From positions 32,860,001 through 32,924,000 of the forward strand of contig NC_045710.1 in the NCBI RefSeq assembly GCF_009834535.1: a stretch of DNA of 64,000 nt. The letters are read 5' to 3'. The notes under the pieces are model-generated. The model worked only from the letters and a program-made list of their open reading frames with translations, was not told the DNA's origin and searched no databases. The translations under genes and the position numbers were made by a program. Every line of letters starts with the position of its first letter. Position 1 is the first letter of the stretch. This document shows, piece by piece, positions 49,915 through 62,095 of this stretch. The DNA is from Camelus ferus. Its lineage: Eukaryota.

Positions 49915-50190
49915 TGTATATACCCTTGTGTATACACACTCGTGCACTCACAGTGCTGTGCGCACAGCATGCATTTGCACTCATGCATGCGCTCACACTC
50001 ACATGCCTGTACTGATGCATCACTCACACTCACCCCACCCACGGACCACATACACACCTACCTTCGCTCACACCCTCGCTCCCACACACACACACTCCCG
50101 CTTATATTCATTCACAAATACAGATCCGTCTTCACTCCCTCCCAGCTATCACACTCACATACACACATCCCCCCTCACACTCTCACACAC
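49915..50190. repeat. Degenerate (CA)-rich low-complexity tract
   Basis: cacactcacatgc...cacacacacactccc...cacactcacatacacacat; it explains the H/T-rich ORFs 49850 and 49900. Confidence 0.85.
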
Positions 50191-50655
50191 ATAGTGCGCC
50201 TTTTGCTTAATAACCTACAATGATTGAAAACACCACAGACACCTATTCCCAGGGGGAAGCAGTAGCACTGTTAATCCTTTGGAGGAACACTAGTGGCCAC
50301 TTGCTGTCAGACATAATCCATTCTGATGGCTGGTATCAGACCTGAGCCTCAAGAAGTCAGCATCTGGCATGCACAGGCTGAAGCTTAGTGGCCAAGACAT
50401 CATCTGCACATTCGACACCGTCAGTGCAGTCAGCTACGGATTAGGTGACAGGAGGATGGGTGAGAGCAAACGACGTAGTCTCCAGTCTTAGGACTGGGAA
50501 ATAATATAGACCTACGTCAAACTACACACTGACAGGTATATAGACTGAGCAGCAGTCAAGAGGTAAGTGGGACAGGAGGTCAGTGGGAGGGATTTGAGGA
50601 AGAAGCAGGACTTCTGCAGAAACTTGAAGGATTGATGGTTGAATTAAAAAGGGAA

Positions 50656-50812
50656 GGGGAGAAGGTAGGGTATAGCTCAGTGGTAGAGTGCTTACTTAGC
50701 CTACATGAGGTACTGGGTTCAATCCCCAGTACCTCCAATAAATAAATAAGTAAATAAGTAAATAATTAAATAAATAATAAATACCTAATTAACCCCTCCC
50801 CCCCAAAAAAAA
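50656..50812 (+). mobile_element. tRNA-Ala-derived SINE, camelid Vic-1 type (long form)
   Basis: A box tagctcagtgg, B box ggttcaatccc, tRNA-Ala(AGC)-like body, (TAAA)-rich segment, cctaatta-C-run-polyA tail; flanks ttaaaaagggaag / aaaaaggaag suggest a target-site duplication at a TT/AAAA site. Confidence 0.92.
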
Positions 50813-51894
50813 GGAAGAAGGAAGGAAGATTCAACCAGCACAATTCTATCTGTTGAGGGGCTGAGGACCAGGGGAGCTAAACTAACTTACTTTGAAGTGA
50901 GTAGCCCCCTGGTCATTGGGCAGTTCAGGTGTACACTGGAGGCACCTAGACGGATTTCAAGTGATGGAAAGTTACTGACCTAGACAACCTTGAAGGTTCA
51001 CTTGAGTTCTGGGATTTTATGATGACATGTCAGCCTTTCCTGGCTGGCTCTGGCCCAAGATGATAAATTCACTGATTATGGGGAGGTGGTTCTTTGGGAT
51101 AAAAGGCCTCTTGCTGGAGAGGTTTATCTCTTATACACTGATTGAAATAGGAAGCCCAGGAGAGGGGCCGCTGCAGTTAGCTGGAAGTTTTATCTGAGTC
51201 CAAATAGCTATCAGAGCAAACTCTTAGAAACCAAACCTAATTGCTGTTCTGAATTTGTTGCTTCTTCTTGGGGCATGACACCCCTAGCATGGTTCATGGC
51301 ATGTGAGCACTCTTGCTTAGAGAAGCATAGGAATCAGGGCATTAAAAACAAATATTTTTTATTTCTCATGTTCATCTGAGGCAGATCCAGTAAGGATCCT
51401 ATTTCTACCTATTAAATATTGACAAAGTGAATCACTGTGCTAGTTAAGTTCCAAACCAATTAAAGAAATATTTTGGCCAAGGACAGTGCTTATCTGGGTG
51501 CACCCTGAGATGTCTGGAAAAGATTGACATGTGAGATAGGATAATAACCACGATAACATCATTTGGTTGATGACTTCCAAATTGTACAGGTGAGAATAGA
51601 GCTAACAATATAGGCAGCATTTCCATCTTCGAATCCATTTAGGTGATAATCAGCAAGTCATGTGTACATTTCATGTATGTGTCACGTAGGAAGGAACATG
51701 CCACCCTTGTGATGTGAAAGGTGTCCCCATAGCTCTCAGGAGGGGAACAGCAGGGACTGGCACAGGCCGTGCACTTAGTGTTATCTTGGCCCGATGATAA
51801 GGTCCTCGTAGCAAGGCTTGGAACATGAATGGACTACGAATTCCCTTCTTCCCTGTGCTTTGTTACATAAGCATACAGTTTTCCAATTCTGCAG

Positions 51895-51975
51895 TTAATT
51901 CTTGGGTGAGTCTTTTCATCTCCTTGAGATTCAGTTTTTCCACAGTAAAATGCATGGTATGTATTATAATACACA
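51895..51975 (+). mobile_element. MIR core fragment
   Basis: cttgggtgagtcttttcatctccttgagattcagtttttccacagtaaaatg. Confidence 0.6.
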
Positions 51976-53194
51976 TGAAATTAAATGAGTGTATCTGTGT
52001 CAAAACTATAAACTTCAGCTTTAATTAAACATCATTTGAATAATTCCCATATATTCTTAAAGAAAACATTAAATAATGCAGACGAGTGCTTTAAGGAGGA
52101 AAATAAAAGTAGCCTGACCTCTCACTCCCCCTCCCCTGAAGTTTAGCCGCTGTTCCTTTCTTTTATATACTGTGCAGTGCTACACGAATACATGTGATTA
52201 TTTTCATTATGATTTAGTTCAGATAATCTTTCAACTTTTACTAGTATTATGTAAAGTGACAAATCATTTTAGCCAGAGTGATTACATCTTGTCAGCTAGG
52301 ACACAGCAATGAAGATTCAGGAGGACTTAAGAGCTCGTTTTAGGTAATTTTCTACTTTTATTAGGGGGATGTAATTCGGAATTCCTTAAACCTCACACTC
52401 ATTCATTTATTCCTCCTTTTAAAAAAAGGAATTTTTGCACTTGCCATGTCCAAAGCACTTAGCCTGTGAAGAATTAAAAGAATCATAACTGCGTCAGCCA
52501 GGAGATAGGAGCTGCACACAGGTAACTATATATAGTACAGGGTATGTGTGCGTAAAGAAGGGTGCGGGTTGAGGGCCACAGGAATCCTCCATGGATCCCT
52601 CTAGTGAGGAGCTTCCCGGGAGGATGTACCATTTGACCTGGGTCTTGCAGGTCAGTTAAAATTGAGACATACAAGATGAGAACTAGCTCTTACTCCCCCT
52701 CCCCAGAGAAAAGCTTGAAGTCTTTGAGATTACCCAGACCAGAATTTTTCCTCTTTCCAGATTCCTTTTCTTCTTTTTAAATGTTTTCAAGTTCCACTGT
52801 CCTAAATGCCTTTGAGGAGGACACAGGAATATCAAGTTCTTACCAGACGAAACCAGGATAGAAAAATGTGTCAGCTGAGTTACCCCATCTTGGTGCAAAC
52901 CTAGCCTCCACTCCTGCTTTCCTGGGTCTTCTTTATGAAAAGTGCCTGTTTGCAGAGCGCACCAGACAGCTGTGGGGAGGCTGTGTCTGTCTTAAGGAAA
53001 CAAGGGAGAATTTCAAGTCCCTAAACACTAAAACTGCCCTGTCTAGGTCATCAACACAGGATTGTTTAAGTTGCTGGAGCCCAAAAAGACACAGAAGCAT
53101 TCGGTCCACAAAGGCATTGTTTGACAGGTTTGGAGTCTGAGGCATGGAGCTGTGATGTGATTTACTCCAGATCAGTTTGATGGTGGGGGATGGC

Positions 53195-53363
53195 TGAGTC
53201 AGAGGTGCGAAGAATCTGGGTGTTATGAGTCAGTTGCAGTGATCGGCCATCATGCCCCGCTCCCTCCACACCCCCTGGCAAACCCGGGTCATTGCTTGTA
53301 GATTCTTGCCCAGATTCATTGACATCACAGCCTTTAGGATTGAATCACTGAGGTGGTGACTCA
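53195..53363. promoter_or_regulatory. Homotypic AP-1 motif cluster (candidate enhancer)
   Basis: TGAGTCA at 53195 and 53226, TGACTCA at 53357, variant TGAATCA at 53341. Confidence 0.35.
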
Positions 53364-54014
53364 GTGTTCCCCTCCATTCTGCTTCACTGCTCTAGTTCCA
53401 TTTACTCCCTTTAGACTGCAGGGAGCCACTTTTGTTCTGCACCTTGTGGATTGCCTCAGGCACCCCAGGCTGTAGGGAAAGGTGCGTGTGTCCACAGTGG
53501 GTGTTCCCAAGCTATGTGTGGAATGCTTTTGGGCCAGTACATAAAAAACAACTCAGCTTGGGCTGGTTGATGGCTGCACTGGTGTGTATGTCAGAACTCA
53601 TTGACCTGACACTTAAGATCTGTCCATTCTACTTTATGTAAATAGATCCTCCACTTAAAAAAAAACAACACTCTCAAGTAACTTCACTTGTAAATCCTTG
53701 GATATTTAGGTGGGTGAATTCCACCGACCCTCAAAGCCATTGTGGGCTGGATACAGAGGTGGTGGCGCTCAGTAAAGTGGGGATGCTTGTCTCCTCCCCA
53801 GGCCTCCCTTTCACTGCCCTTCTCTTCACCAGTGTGGTTCTTTCATTTCTGGCTCCTCTTCCAACCCCTCACTCCCTTCCATGGGCCTCCAGGCTGCTCC
53901 CATCAGGTAGGGAAATGATGGGCACACCAGAGCACTAAAAGTAGGGCGTATTCTGGGAGAACTTGAGTCTCAGAGGAGGGCCTCGGAGGGCCACACTGCA
54001 CAGCTATCGCTGGT

Positions 54015-54172
54015 CGAGCACGTACCATATGCCAGGCCCTGAGCTTGGTTAGCATAAGGTAAATACTGTTATTAATATTGTTATACTTACAGATCTCTTC
54101 AAGAGGGTCTGCTTACCTGTGCCCTGCTGGTAAATGCCAGAATTAGAATCCAGGCATGTGACCCCAAAGCAG
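54015..54172 (-). mobile_element. MIR SINE
   Basis: cacgtaccatatgccaggccctgagct...gctggtaaatgccagaattagaatccaggcatgtgaccccaaagc. Confidence 0.7.
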
Positions 54173-55389
54173 GCTCCGTGTCTATTTTATATAGCCTCTC
54201 GAGAGGAAAGAATGACTTTCCCACAGCAGAACATTGGGCACCGGTGGGGAAGACCATTTGGTGAAGGGCTTTTCCACCTCCTTCAGTGAGACCACATGAA
54301 TGGCCACTGATACCTATGTGTGTGGCTAACCCTGGATAGCAGTGATGATAAATCCTGAAATGGACTGGATTCAGTGCTCTGCATGTTCCAGTCATTAATA
54401 AACATAAAACAATTAAGGCTGCCATTAACCCTCCATCTGCAAGGGCAGCCCTGACTGTGAACTTGACAGTGGCCCTCCCAAGGTATAGGACATTGGCTGA
54501 ATATCAAGCAATGTGACCAGAGTTTGCAGAATCATTCTACAAAGGAGCCACGAGGAGCCCTATGTCTCTCAAATCCCTGCCCACCACAGGGCTCCAGGCC
54601 CTCGGGACCCTTGATCAGATCGTCCGTGGCTGTGAGTCATGCATGCCAGGTCACTCTGGGACTGACCATGCAGGAAGGCCACCTGGCCTATTGTCTTCCC
54701 ATTTGTTTTCCGGCTCACTTCACCTGAAGTGAAAGTTTACTTTCCATTTAAGTTTTATAGAAATGCAGTGGGTTATAAGTGACCCAAGTCAGAACCTTGG
54801 GACATGCTGGCTCAGCTCTTCCCAGGGTTTGCAGGGAAAGCATGTACAGCTGAAATCTCTGTCCACTGGAGGAGAGAGAAGGCGAGGGCCTGGAGAACAG
54901 AGCTGTCTAATCCCTAAGACATCAGCCTTGAGCTCTTGTTCAAAGAAGATCAGAAGTGGTGAGAGACGGGAACATCCTCCTGCCAGCTCCGTGCCCCTTA
55001 ATCTTTTCAAGATCCATGCAGGTGCCCTGGGAAATAGCCAGTTGTAGTTGTGACAGGTTCTTGATGGAGTGCCCTGGAGGAGGGGATGAATTAAAGGTCA
55101 GCAGAGCCAGATTGGGATAAAGATACTGACATGATTTGTGGGGTTAATCCTCCCTTGCCTGCCTTGTGGAGTTTCTGAGGAAAGAAAGTCGGGATGAAGT
55201 GGGTGTGATCATACTCTTGAGCAGTTCAGAAGGCTGCCCCAGGGCAAACCTTGGCTCTCACCACCTTCCAAGGGTGGCAACTCCTACACACCATGGGGTG
55301 TAAAGTCACCTTGGCTTGTGAGGGCCAAGAGCTTCAGGAACTGCTGTCTGATGTGAATGCAACCAACTGTCACCACCATTCTCAGAACT

Positions 55390-55612
55390 GCAGATGTAGG
55401 CTTTGGAGTCAGACTCAGGTTCATAGCTTGCTTTGTCACTTTCTGTTGCATCATTGTTGTACTTCTGTAAGGCTCGGTCTTCTCATCTCTAAAATTAAGG
55501 TAGTGATGGTACCTTCCTTGTAAGTGGTTCTGAAGATTAATGATGATATACATGGAACCACCTGTCACCATGCTTGGTGCATAGCAGATAATCAGTGGTG
55601 CCTGCTGTTATG
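55390..55612 (+). mobile_element. MIR SINE
   Basis: ggctttggagtcagactcaggttca...ggtcttctcatctctaaaattaaggtagtgatggtacc...gaagattaatga...atgcttggtgcatagcag. Confidence 0.8.
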
Positions 55613-55739
55613 ACAGTGATGAAATTGCTTTTTCCCTGATCCCATGGCTTCTGTAATCCTTAACTCGGTTTCAGTCTATAGGCCCCAGAGGACAGCATCC
55701 TCTCAGCTCTGCCCTCCCTTGGTCCTTCTCTGGCCTCAA

Positions 55740-56145
55740 ACCCCTGGTTGAGTAGCCCCAGCTCTGCCCTGACCAGGCTTTTGGTAGCTGTGAGCTGCTC
55801 TAACCCCACAGCCAAGTCCATGCTCTGGTCTTCTGTTCAGTGTCCCAGGGCTTTCCATGCATTCAAGCTCACTTTTGAGCCCAGTCCTCTGCTTTGGATC
55901 CTCCTGTGGCTGGATCTCCCTGGGCAGCTGATCACCTGTAGGCACCTCTGCCTCTTTTCTGCCCTGCATTCTCCTTCCCAACTTCTACCTTTCCAGCCTC
56001 CTCCTGCTTGTGCTAAAACCCTCCGTTGCTTCCTCTTCTCTCTACCAGACTGCACCAATTGTCAACTCTACCCCCTAGAGATTTCTGGTCCCTGTCCAGT
56101 CTGCCTGTCCTACCCAACAGCCAAATCCCAAGTTATGACCCAGTA
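55740..56145 (+). mobile_element. L2 internal fragment
   Basis: Pyrimidine-rich degenerate L2 (ctggatctccctgggcagctgatcacc...gctaaaaccctccgttgcttcctc). Confidence 0.5.
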
Positions 56146-56289
56146 GACCTAAACTCTGAGGCATTCACTACCCTGAGGTCATCATTCAGCCACCAGAAGT
56201 AATTCATGTGAGAATAGGGTAGATGGAAAACTCTCTGAACCTCTCTTCATCACATAGTGTATTTATTGGTAGTGTAAAAAATAGTGCCA

Positions 56290-56710
56290 CATAAATGAAG
56301 GGAAGTATGTCCACTCAATGGAATACTATTTGGCAATAAAAAGAAATGAAGTACTGATACACACTACAGTATGGATGAACCTTGAAAATATGCTCAGTGG
56401 TAGTGGCTAGACACAGAAGTCATATGTTGTATGATTCCATTTATATGAAATGTCCAGAATAGGCAAATCCCCAGAGACAGAAGGACATCAGTGACTGCCA
56501 GGGGCAGAGGCTGGGAAATGGAGAGTATCTGCTAAAGGGTATGAGGGTTTCTTTTTGATGTGATGAAAATGGTCTTAAATTGTCTCTGGAGATGGTTGCA
56601 CATCTGTGATCTACTAAAAACCAGTGATAATATGCTCTAAATGGATCAATGGTACAGTGACCTGTTATATTAGGACATTATATATCAATAAATCTGTTAC
56701 CAAAAAAAAG
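56290..56710 (+). mobile_element. L1MB7/8-like 3' end
   Basis: caatggaatactatttggcaataaaaagaaatgaagtactgatacac...gattccatttatatgaaatgtccagaataggcaaatcc...atatatcaataaatctgttaccaaaaaaaa. Confidence 0.9.
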
Positions 56711-57489
56711 ATACTTAAGGAATAAATGCATCAAAATGTTAACAGATTGAAATAATGCTTATAATCATACAGTGATAACAATTATTTTCATTTTTACATG
56801 TCTTCTTATCTTCAGAACTTGAAGAACTGATCTTCTGATCTTTCAACTACTTAAAACATCTTTTTATGTGGTTATAGTCTCAGTGTTCTTTTTAAGCAAA
56901 CATTTATCCATTTTGTTACATAGTCTTTATAATTATCATTTGTATTCTAGCAGTTTGGTATTTCACTTAATTATTTTCTGGTTGGTAGACATTCGGGTTT
57001 CCAGATTTGTTGTGGTAGTGGTGATTACAATACACAGTCTCAAGGATTATTTCTTTGGAGAAGGACTATTCAGTCAACATTTCTTGCAATGAAATTTGTA
57101 TTCCTTTTCTAGCCTGTTTTACCCAGTAAAGTTTGGAGATGTAAAAATGGCTGAGAAGTAGGAGGAAGTCAGACAACAATGAACATGTGAGGTTAGCAGC
57201 GTTCTCTGAACAGTAGTAAAACTCCCTCTCCCCAACTCACCCTAGACTGTGTGTAGGCACTGCTTACATATAAATGTCTATTGTCTACATGTTAAGACAC
57301 AGGCTAATAACTTCAGCGGTGGGGGGCAAATAATCTATAAATTGTATCTATTTTAAAGTTGCGCTGTTACTTTATTTGTGAGTGTTCCAGCGTCACATCT
57401 CCAAATTCAGTGGACTGAGGGCAAGTCGTTGCCACATGATAGTGTGCCACATTCAAAACAAATGCTCATTGGCATATGGACACACAGAA

Positions 57490-57735
57490 CCTTTAAAAAT
57501 GTTGGAAATATTTCAAATATAGATGAAAAAGCAGGGCTAATTTAGTGGCAATCTCATTACCCCTGGTTAGTGAATATAAAAATGTAATATTTGCCTCAGA
57601 TCTTTCTCATTGTCTTTCTTTGTTAAAGAAATAAGACATGACATATAGTTGGAATGCCCTCAAGAAGAGATTTCTGCTCCTCTTTCCCCAGAGGTAACCA
57701 CTGGGCTGAAGTTGGCGTTCAGCCCATTCATATGC

Positions 57736-57778
<43 letters not shown>

Positions 57779-59060
57779 TCCATAAATGTTTTGTGAATTT
57801 GATTTTATATGAATGGTATCATTGTGTATCTTTTCTTTTGTAACTTGCTTTTTTTAAGGAGACATGTTTCAAAGATTTGTCTACGTTGACAGTATTACAT
57901 CTAGTTCATTCATTTTAACTACTAGATGATATTCCTTGTTTGGCAAAGTCACTTTTTATCCATTTTCACTTGTTGGTGGACATTTAAATCGTTTTCAGTT
58001 TTTTACTACCACAAACAGTGTTCCACTGAACATCTTTGTGTCTCTTTGGGTATATGTGTGCAAATTTTCCTCGGGTATGCACTTAGGAAGAAACTGCTAG
58101 GTTGTAGGTTATGCACATTATCAGCTTAGCTCATTATTGCCAGATTGTTCTTCAACTTGGTTATATTAGTTTGCATCCCCATGGGCAATATGTCAGAGTT
58201 TGCTTCTTTACTTCCTCACCAGTACTTAATATTGTGAGATTTAAAATTTTTGCCAACCGGTAAGTGTAATATGGCACCTCATTATTGTTTTAGTCTGCAT
58301 TTCCCTGATCACTTGTAAGGCTGAGGATCCTATTAGGATTATTGGCCAGCTGTATGTCCCCTGAGAAGAAACTGTTCCTATCCTTTGCTAATTTTTCTTT
58401 TTGTTTTTCTGGTCTTTCTCTTGCTGATGGTAGGGATTTTTGATATATACTGAACTACCAAATCTGAATCTATTATGTGCTGCAAATACCTTCTCACAGT
58501 GTCTCTGGCTTGCCAGTATAATTTATTTCTGGTGTCTTCTGCGGTGCAGTTTTACATTTTAATATGATTATACTTGGTTTGTGCTCTTTGCATTCTGATG
58601 AATAAATCCTCTAAATGACAGAAATTTTTTTTAATTGAAAGTTTTAGTGTTTTGCTTTTTACACTTGGGTCTAATTCTTTTTCTTCCTTTTTTCTTTTTT
58701 TTCTATTTTGACAACCTGGGAGCGCCTAGGTTCATGTTGTGATCAGTCCCATAGTTTCCCCACTGAGTCTCCTACTTCAGGTCTCTGTTCTGTTCTTTTG
58801 GTCTATCTATCCCTGAACCAATACACATTGTCTTAATTGCTCTAGCTGTGAAACCAACCTTGATATCTGTAGAACATGGTTCCATTCTTTATTCTTCTTT
58901 GTCAACACTTCTGTGTGTGTGCAACTTTGGGCCAATTTTCTTCTGTGAATTTTAAGATCAACTTCTCAAATTCTGTGAGAAACCTATTGGGATTTAAATT
59001 AGAAATGCATATATTTTTGAATTATTGATTTAAAAAATGATTATCGATCTATTCATGGTT
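57490..59060 (-). mobile_element. Old L1 (L1ME-like) 3' UTR and ORF2 end
   Basis: ttccccagaggtaaccact...ttgttggtggacatttaaatcgttttcagttt...tgcatttccctgatcact...ttgtcttaattgctctagc...aattttaagatcaacttctcaaattctgtgagaaacctattgggattt. Confidence 0.85.
57742..57775. repeat. (GT)17 microsatellite
   Basis: Perfect dinucleotide run, counted directly. Confidence 0.97.
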
Positions 59061-60039
59061 TTAATTTCTTCTTGTGTTAGCTTTATGAAGCAAAACACTT
59101 GCCTTAAATAAATTCTTAGAAAATATTTCCCTAAATAGTATCCTGGGAACATAACAAAAATGGCTTTCTGTGAATGAAATTTTGATCAAAGACTGAAGCT
59201 ATATTCAGCTAAACTGGGTTTTGCCTTTAATACAAGCAATATATTTACCAAAAATGAATGCCTAGTTTTAACCATAGTCATTAAAACAGATCACTGCTTT
59301 ATAATCAGATAATGGACATTAGCCAACCTCTGATCTTTAGATGATTTTCATGTTTTATTATGAAAAGCTTTATCTTGAAACTTGCTGGCAGAATTTCAGT
59401 TACACTCCCTGAGAGTTCATTTATTTCTGCTTCTCACTTTCTAATTTTGAGGGTAGCTGATAAAGATGTCACAGTGCATTTGCATGGGTAACTCTGGCTG
59501 GGTGAGGGAAAAATAGCTTTCAAGGTCATCACTGGGCTTTATTCTTGACTCTGCCCCAGTTTCCCCAGGGACTACCGGATGCCTGGTTTGATGATGCCCT
59601 AGGCCAACTGTCTAATAAGCACTGGAGTAAAAATGATTACTGCAAGCGCATGGACGGCAGAAAGAGGGATGGATGCTGAGGGGGTGGGATGTTGATGAGC
59701 ACGATATGTGCACTGTCTCTGTGGTTTGAACACCTGTTGGCTCAAGGTGACAGGTGTTCGGGGATGAGTAGCAGCTAGAGGACGAGTAGGAGGACTTGTG
59801 TTCCCTGAGTACCTTCTGGGAACTCAGCTCATCTTAGTTAAATGCCCCCTGGGTGGCCCCAAATTGTCTGCCTGGGACTGTGCTCACTTGGCCACCAGAC
59901 AGAAAGCCCCAAACGGTGTCCTTGCCCTTCATCCCTGGTCATGAGTGTGAATTATTCTCCAGTCCTTCCCACAGCTTAACACCCAGGGCCTAATCAAACA
60001 CTGTAATGTTGTCTGCTGCTGTGTTGGCTGTGCCAGACT

Positions 60040-60172
60040 CCCTGGGGAGCTGATGGAAATTATAGATGTTTAATCCTCACTCGGTAGGATTGGGGAGTGG
60101 TTCAGGAGTCTGTGGCTGCACTGGCTTCCCAGGTCACTCTGATAAGCAACCAGGTTTTGGGAACAACTGTTC
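60040..60172. mobile_element. MER5-type fragment
   Basis: ggagctgatggaaattatagatg...ggggagtggttcaggagtctg...cccaggtcactctgat...aggttttgggaacaactg. Confidence 0.6.
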
Positions 60173-60739
60173 TACACAACTTTACCCTCGGACTCAAAGG
60201 AGGAACCGGTCATCTGGTTTTCATAAATGCTCTTCAGTAACTAATGTTTCCAGTCACAGTCATCTCCTTAGATGTGTCCCTCTGCCTTGCAAGTCTTTGG
60301 ACTTCCATAAATCCCCCTTAACCCCGACTTCTTCACTGAAACTAGGTAACAGTTAAGTGTACATGGTCTCCACACTTGAGCCAAGCCTCTCCTGGGCCCA
60401 GAAGGGTAGCCTTTTGTCATGGGACCCCATTTTGATGTTAACCACAAGATTTGTGCTTTGCTGCCCTTAGGTTTAAAGGTCCTGCTTCCACCAGGGCCAG
60501 GTGAGACCATGTAGCACCTAACACATTGGGGAGCCCTCTGCTAATACAGCCCTCTGCTGGGGGCAGATGTAGCCACTGAGGACTTTCGTGCAGTGCACAA
60601 CCTGCACAGTCGCACACAGTGAGCTTGGTTCTCCCACACCTCCTCTTCTGAGTTTGTGCCAAATGCTAATAGAGGTGGTTCTAGGACAGTAGAATTTGAC
60701 AACCTCAGACGATCCAGACTCTTCAAAGAAGCCTGAAAT

Positions 60740-60865
60740 CTTAAAATGCCAGAGCCGAAAAAGCCTTTAGAAATCACCTAGTCCAATATTTCCGTCACAC
60801 AGATAAACCAAAGCCAGAAAAGGAAATGGACTCCCTCAATGGCACACAACTAGCTGATGGTGAGC
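60740..60865 (-). mobile_element. MIR3/MIRc fragment
   Basis: agagccgaaaaagcctttagaaatcacctagtccaa...cagataaaccaaagccagaaaagg...caatggcacacaactag. Confidence 0.6.
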
Positions 60866-61431
60866 AAAAGGTCCTCAGTCCCCAACTCAAAATGATTCTA
60901 CTCATTTCATTACACCATGCGGCTCCTGGATCTTGTAAGCACAGGCGAGTCATCATTGTTCTGTGTGTGTGACTCAACATATAGAAGTGCGGTGAAGTTT
61001 AAACCAATAAAACACCCCTCCTTTGCTGCAAATATTCTGAAGGAGCATGAACTACAGCAGAATTTATTATAACATACCCCAAGCCCCTTAAAGGTTCAAA
61101 TTAGGGGAACAGAAGACAACCTCTATTTTACACTGAAATCGCTCTGTTAAAATTTAGCTTTACCAAACAGTTGAATTAAAGTGTACTTATTAGCATTACC
61201 TCCCAAATTAAGTCACTCTTCAAAAGCTCCCTTATAGAGCACTTAATGTACCTTTAAAACTGGGTTTGAGGGATGGCAATTCCATTGACATGCTGCTTTC
61301 TAGGAATGCAACTTGTGTAGAAAAAGTAAGAATACTGAAAGTGCTTTTTTTAAGCCGTGCCCCATAACACAAAGGTTCTGTTGGCAGAAAGTTCCTGCTT
61401 TCAAGGCACTTATAAACAGGACAAAACAGTA

Positions 61432-61522
61432 GAGGAGAGGGTGTGTGGCTCACTGGTAGAGCCCGTGTTTAGTATGGATGAGGTCCTGGGTTCAATCCCC
61501 AGTACCTCCATTTAAAAAAAAA
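61432..61522 (+). mobile_element. tRNA-Ala-derived SINE, Vic-1 type (short form)
   Basis: gggtgtgtggctcactggtagagcccgtgtttagtatggatgaggtcctgggttcaatccccagtacctccattt followed by A9 then T8; A box degraded, B box intact. Confidence 0.9.
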
Positions 61523-61933
61523 TTTTTTTTAAGTAGCCAAATGAAACTGTAGACTACAGTATGAGAATCTGTTTCATTTGGTAAGTGTGAGTTCTCCCTG
61601 AAAGCTAATTTCCTGGACAGGAAGTTCAAGCCAGCTGCCTTTTTTTTTTTTTACATTACTGAGTGATGTTTGAGATATGAAATTCTCAAAAAACTGAGAG
61701 CTCCGAAATAACCCTCCACCTGTTTCCCTCCGACTTTACTGTTTGCATTCAATTATCTGGAAGATACTCAGCTCTGAAGCCTCCTCTTCTCCTTTGTCAT
61801 GGGGTCCAGTCTAATGTCTGCTGAACATTAAGGTGATGTTAGTGGAACACACCTGGAGAATCTCAGAACCAGAAGGGCAGGGAAAGGAAGCACACAGGCT
61901 TCCTTTGGGCCAAGAAGCCCAGAGCTGGTTTGC

Positions 61934-62095
61934 CAGTGGTTCTCAATTTTTACTCCAGGTTAAGGTCACCTGGGAATCTTTAAAACAAACAAACAAACAA
62001 ACAAACAAACAAAAACCCATGGAGGGCTGATCCCCAGACCATTTAAATGGGAGTCTCTGAGGGCGGGGCCAAGCCCTCCATGTGTTTTAAAGCTT
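61934..62095. mobile_element. MER5B-like hAT element containing an (AAAC)n expansion
   Basis: cagtggttctcaa...ggtcacctgggaatctttaaaa...ccccagaccatttaaatgggagtctctgagggcggggcc...tgttttaaagct. Confidence 0.75.
61983..62010. repeat. (AAAC)7 microsatellite
   Basis: Counted directly. Confidence 0.95.

Noticed and set aside
49850-50223. His/Thr-rich ORFs
   Set aside because: Translations of a (CA)-rich low-complexity tract.
50656-50737. tRNA-Ala(AGC) gene
   Set aside because: Acceptor and anticodon stems are disrupted, and it has an A-rich tail and a probable target-site duplication; it is a tRNA-derived SINE. The same applies to 61432-61510.
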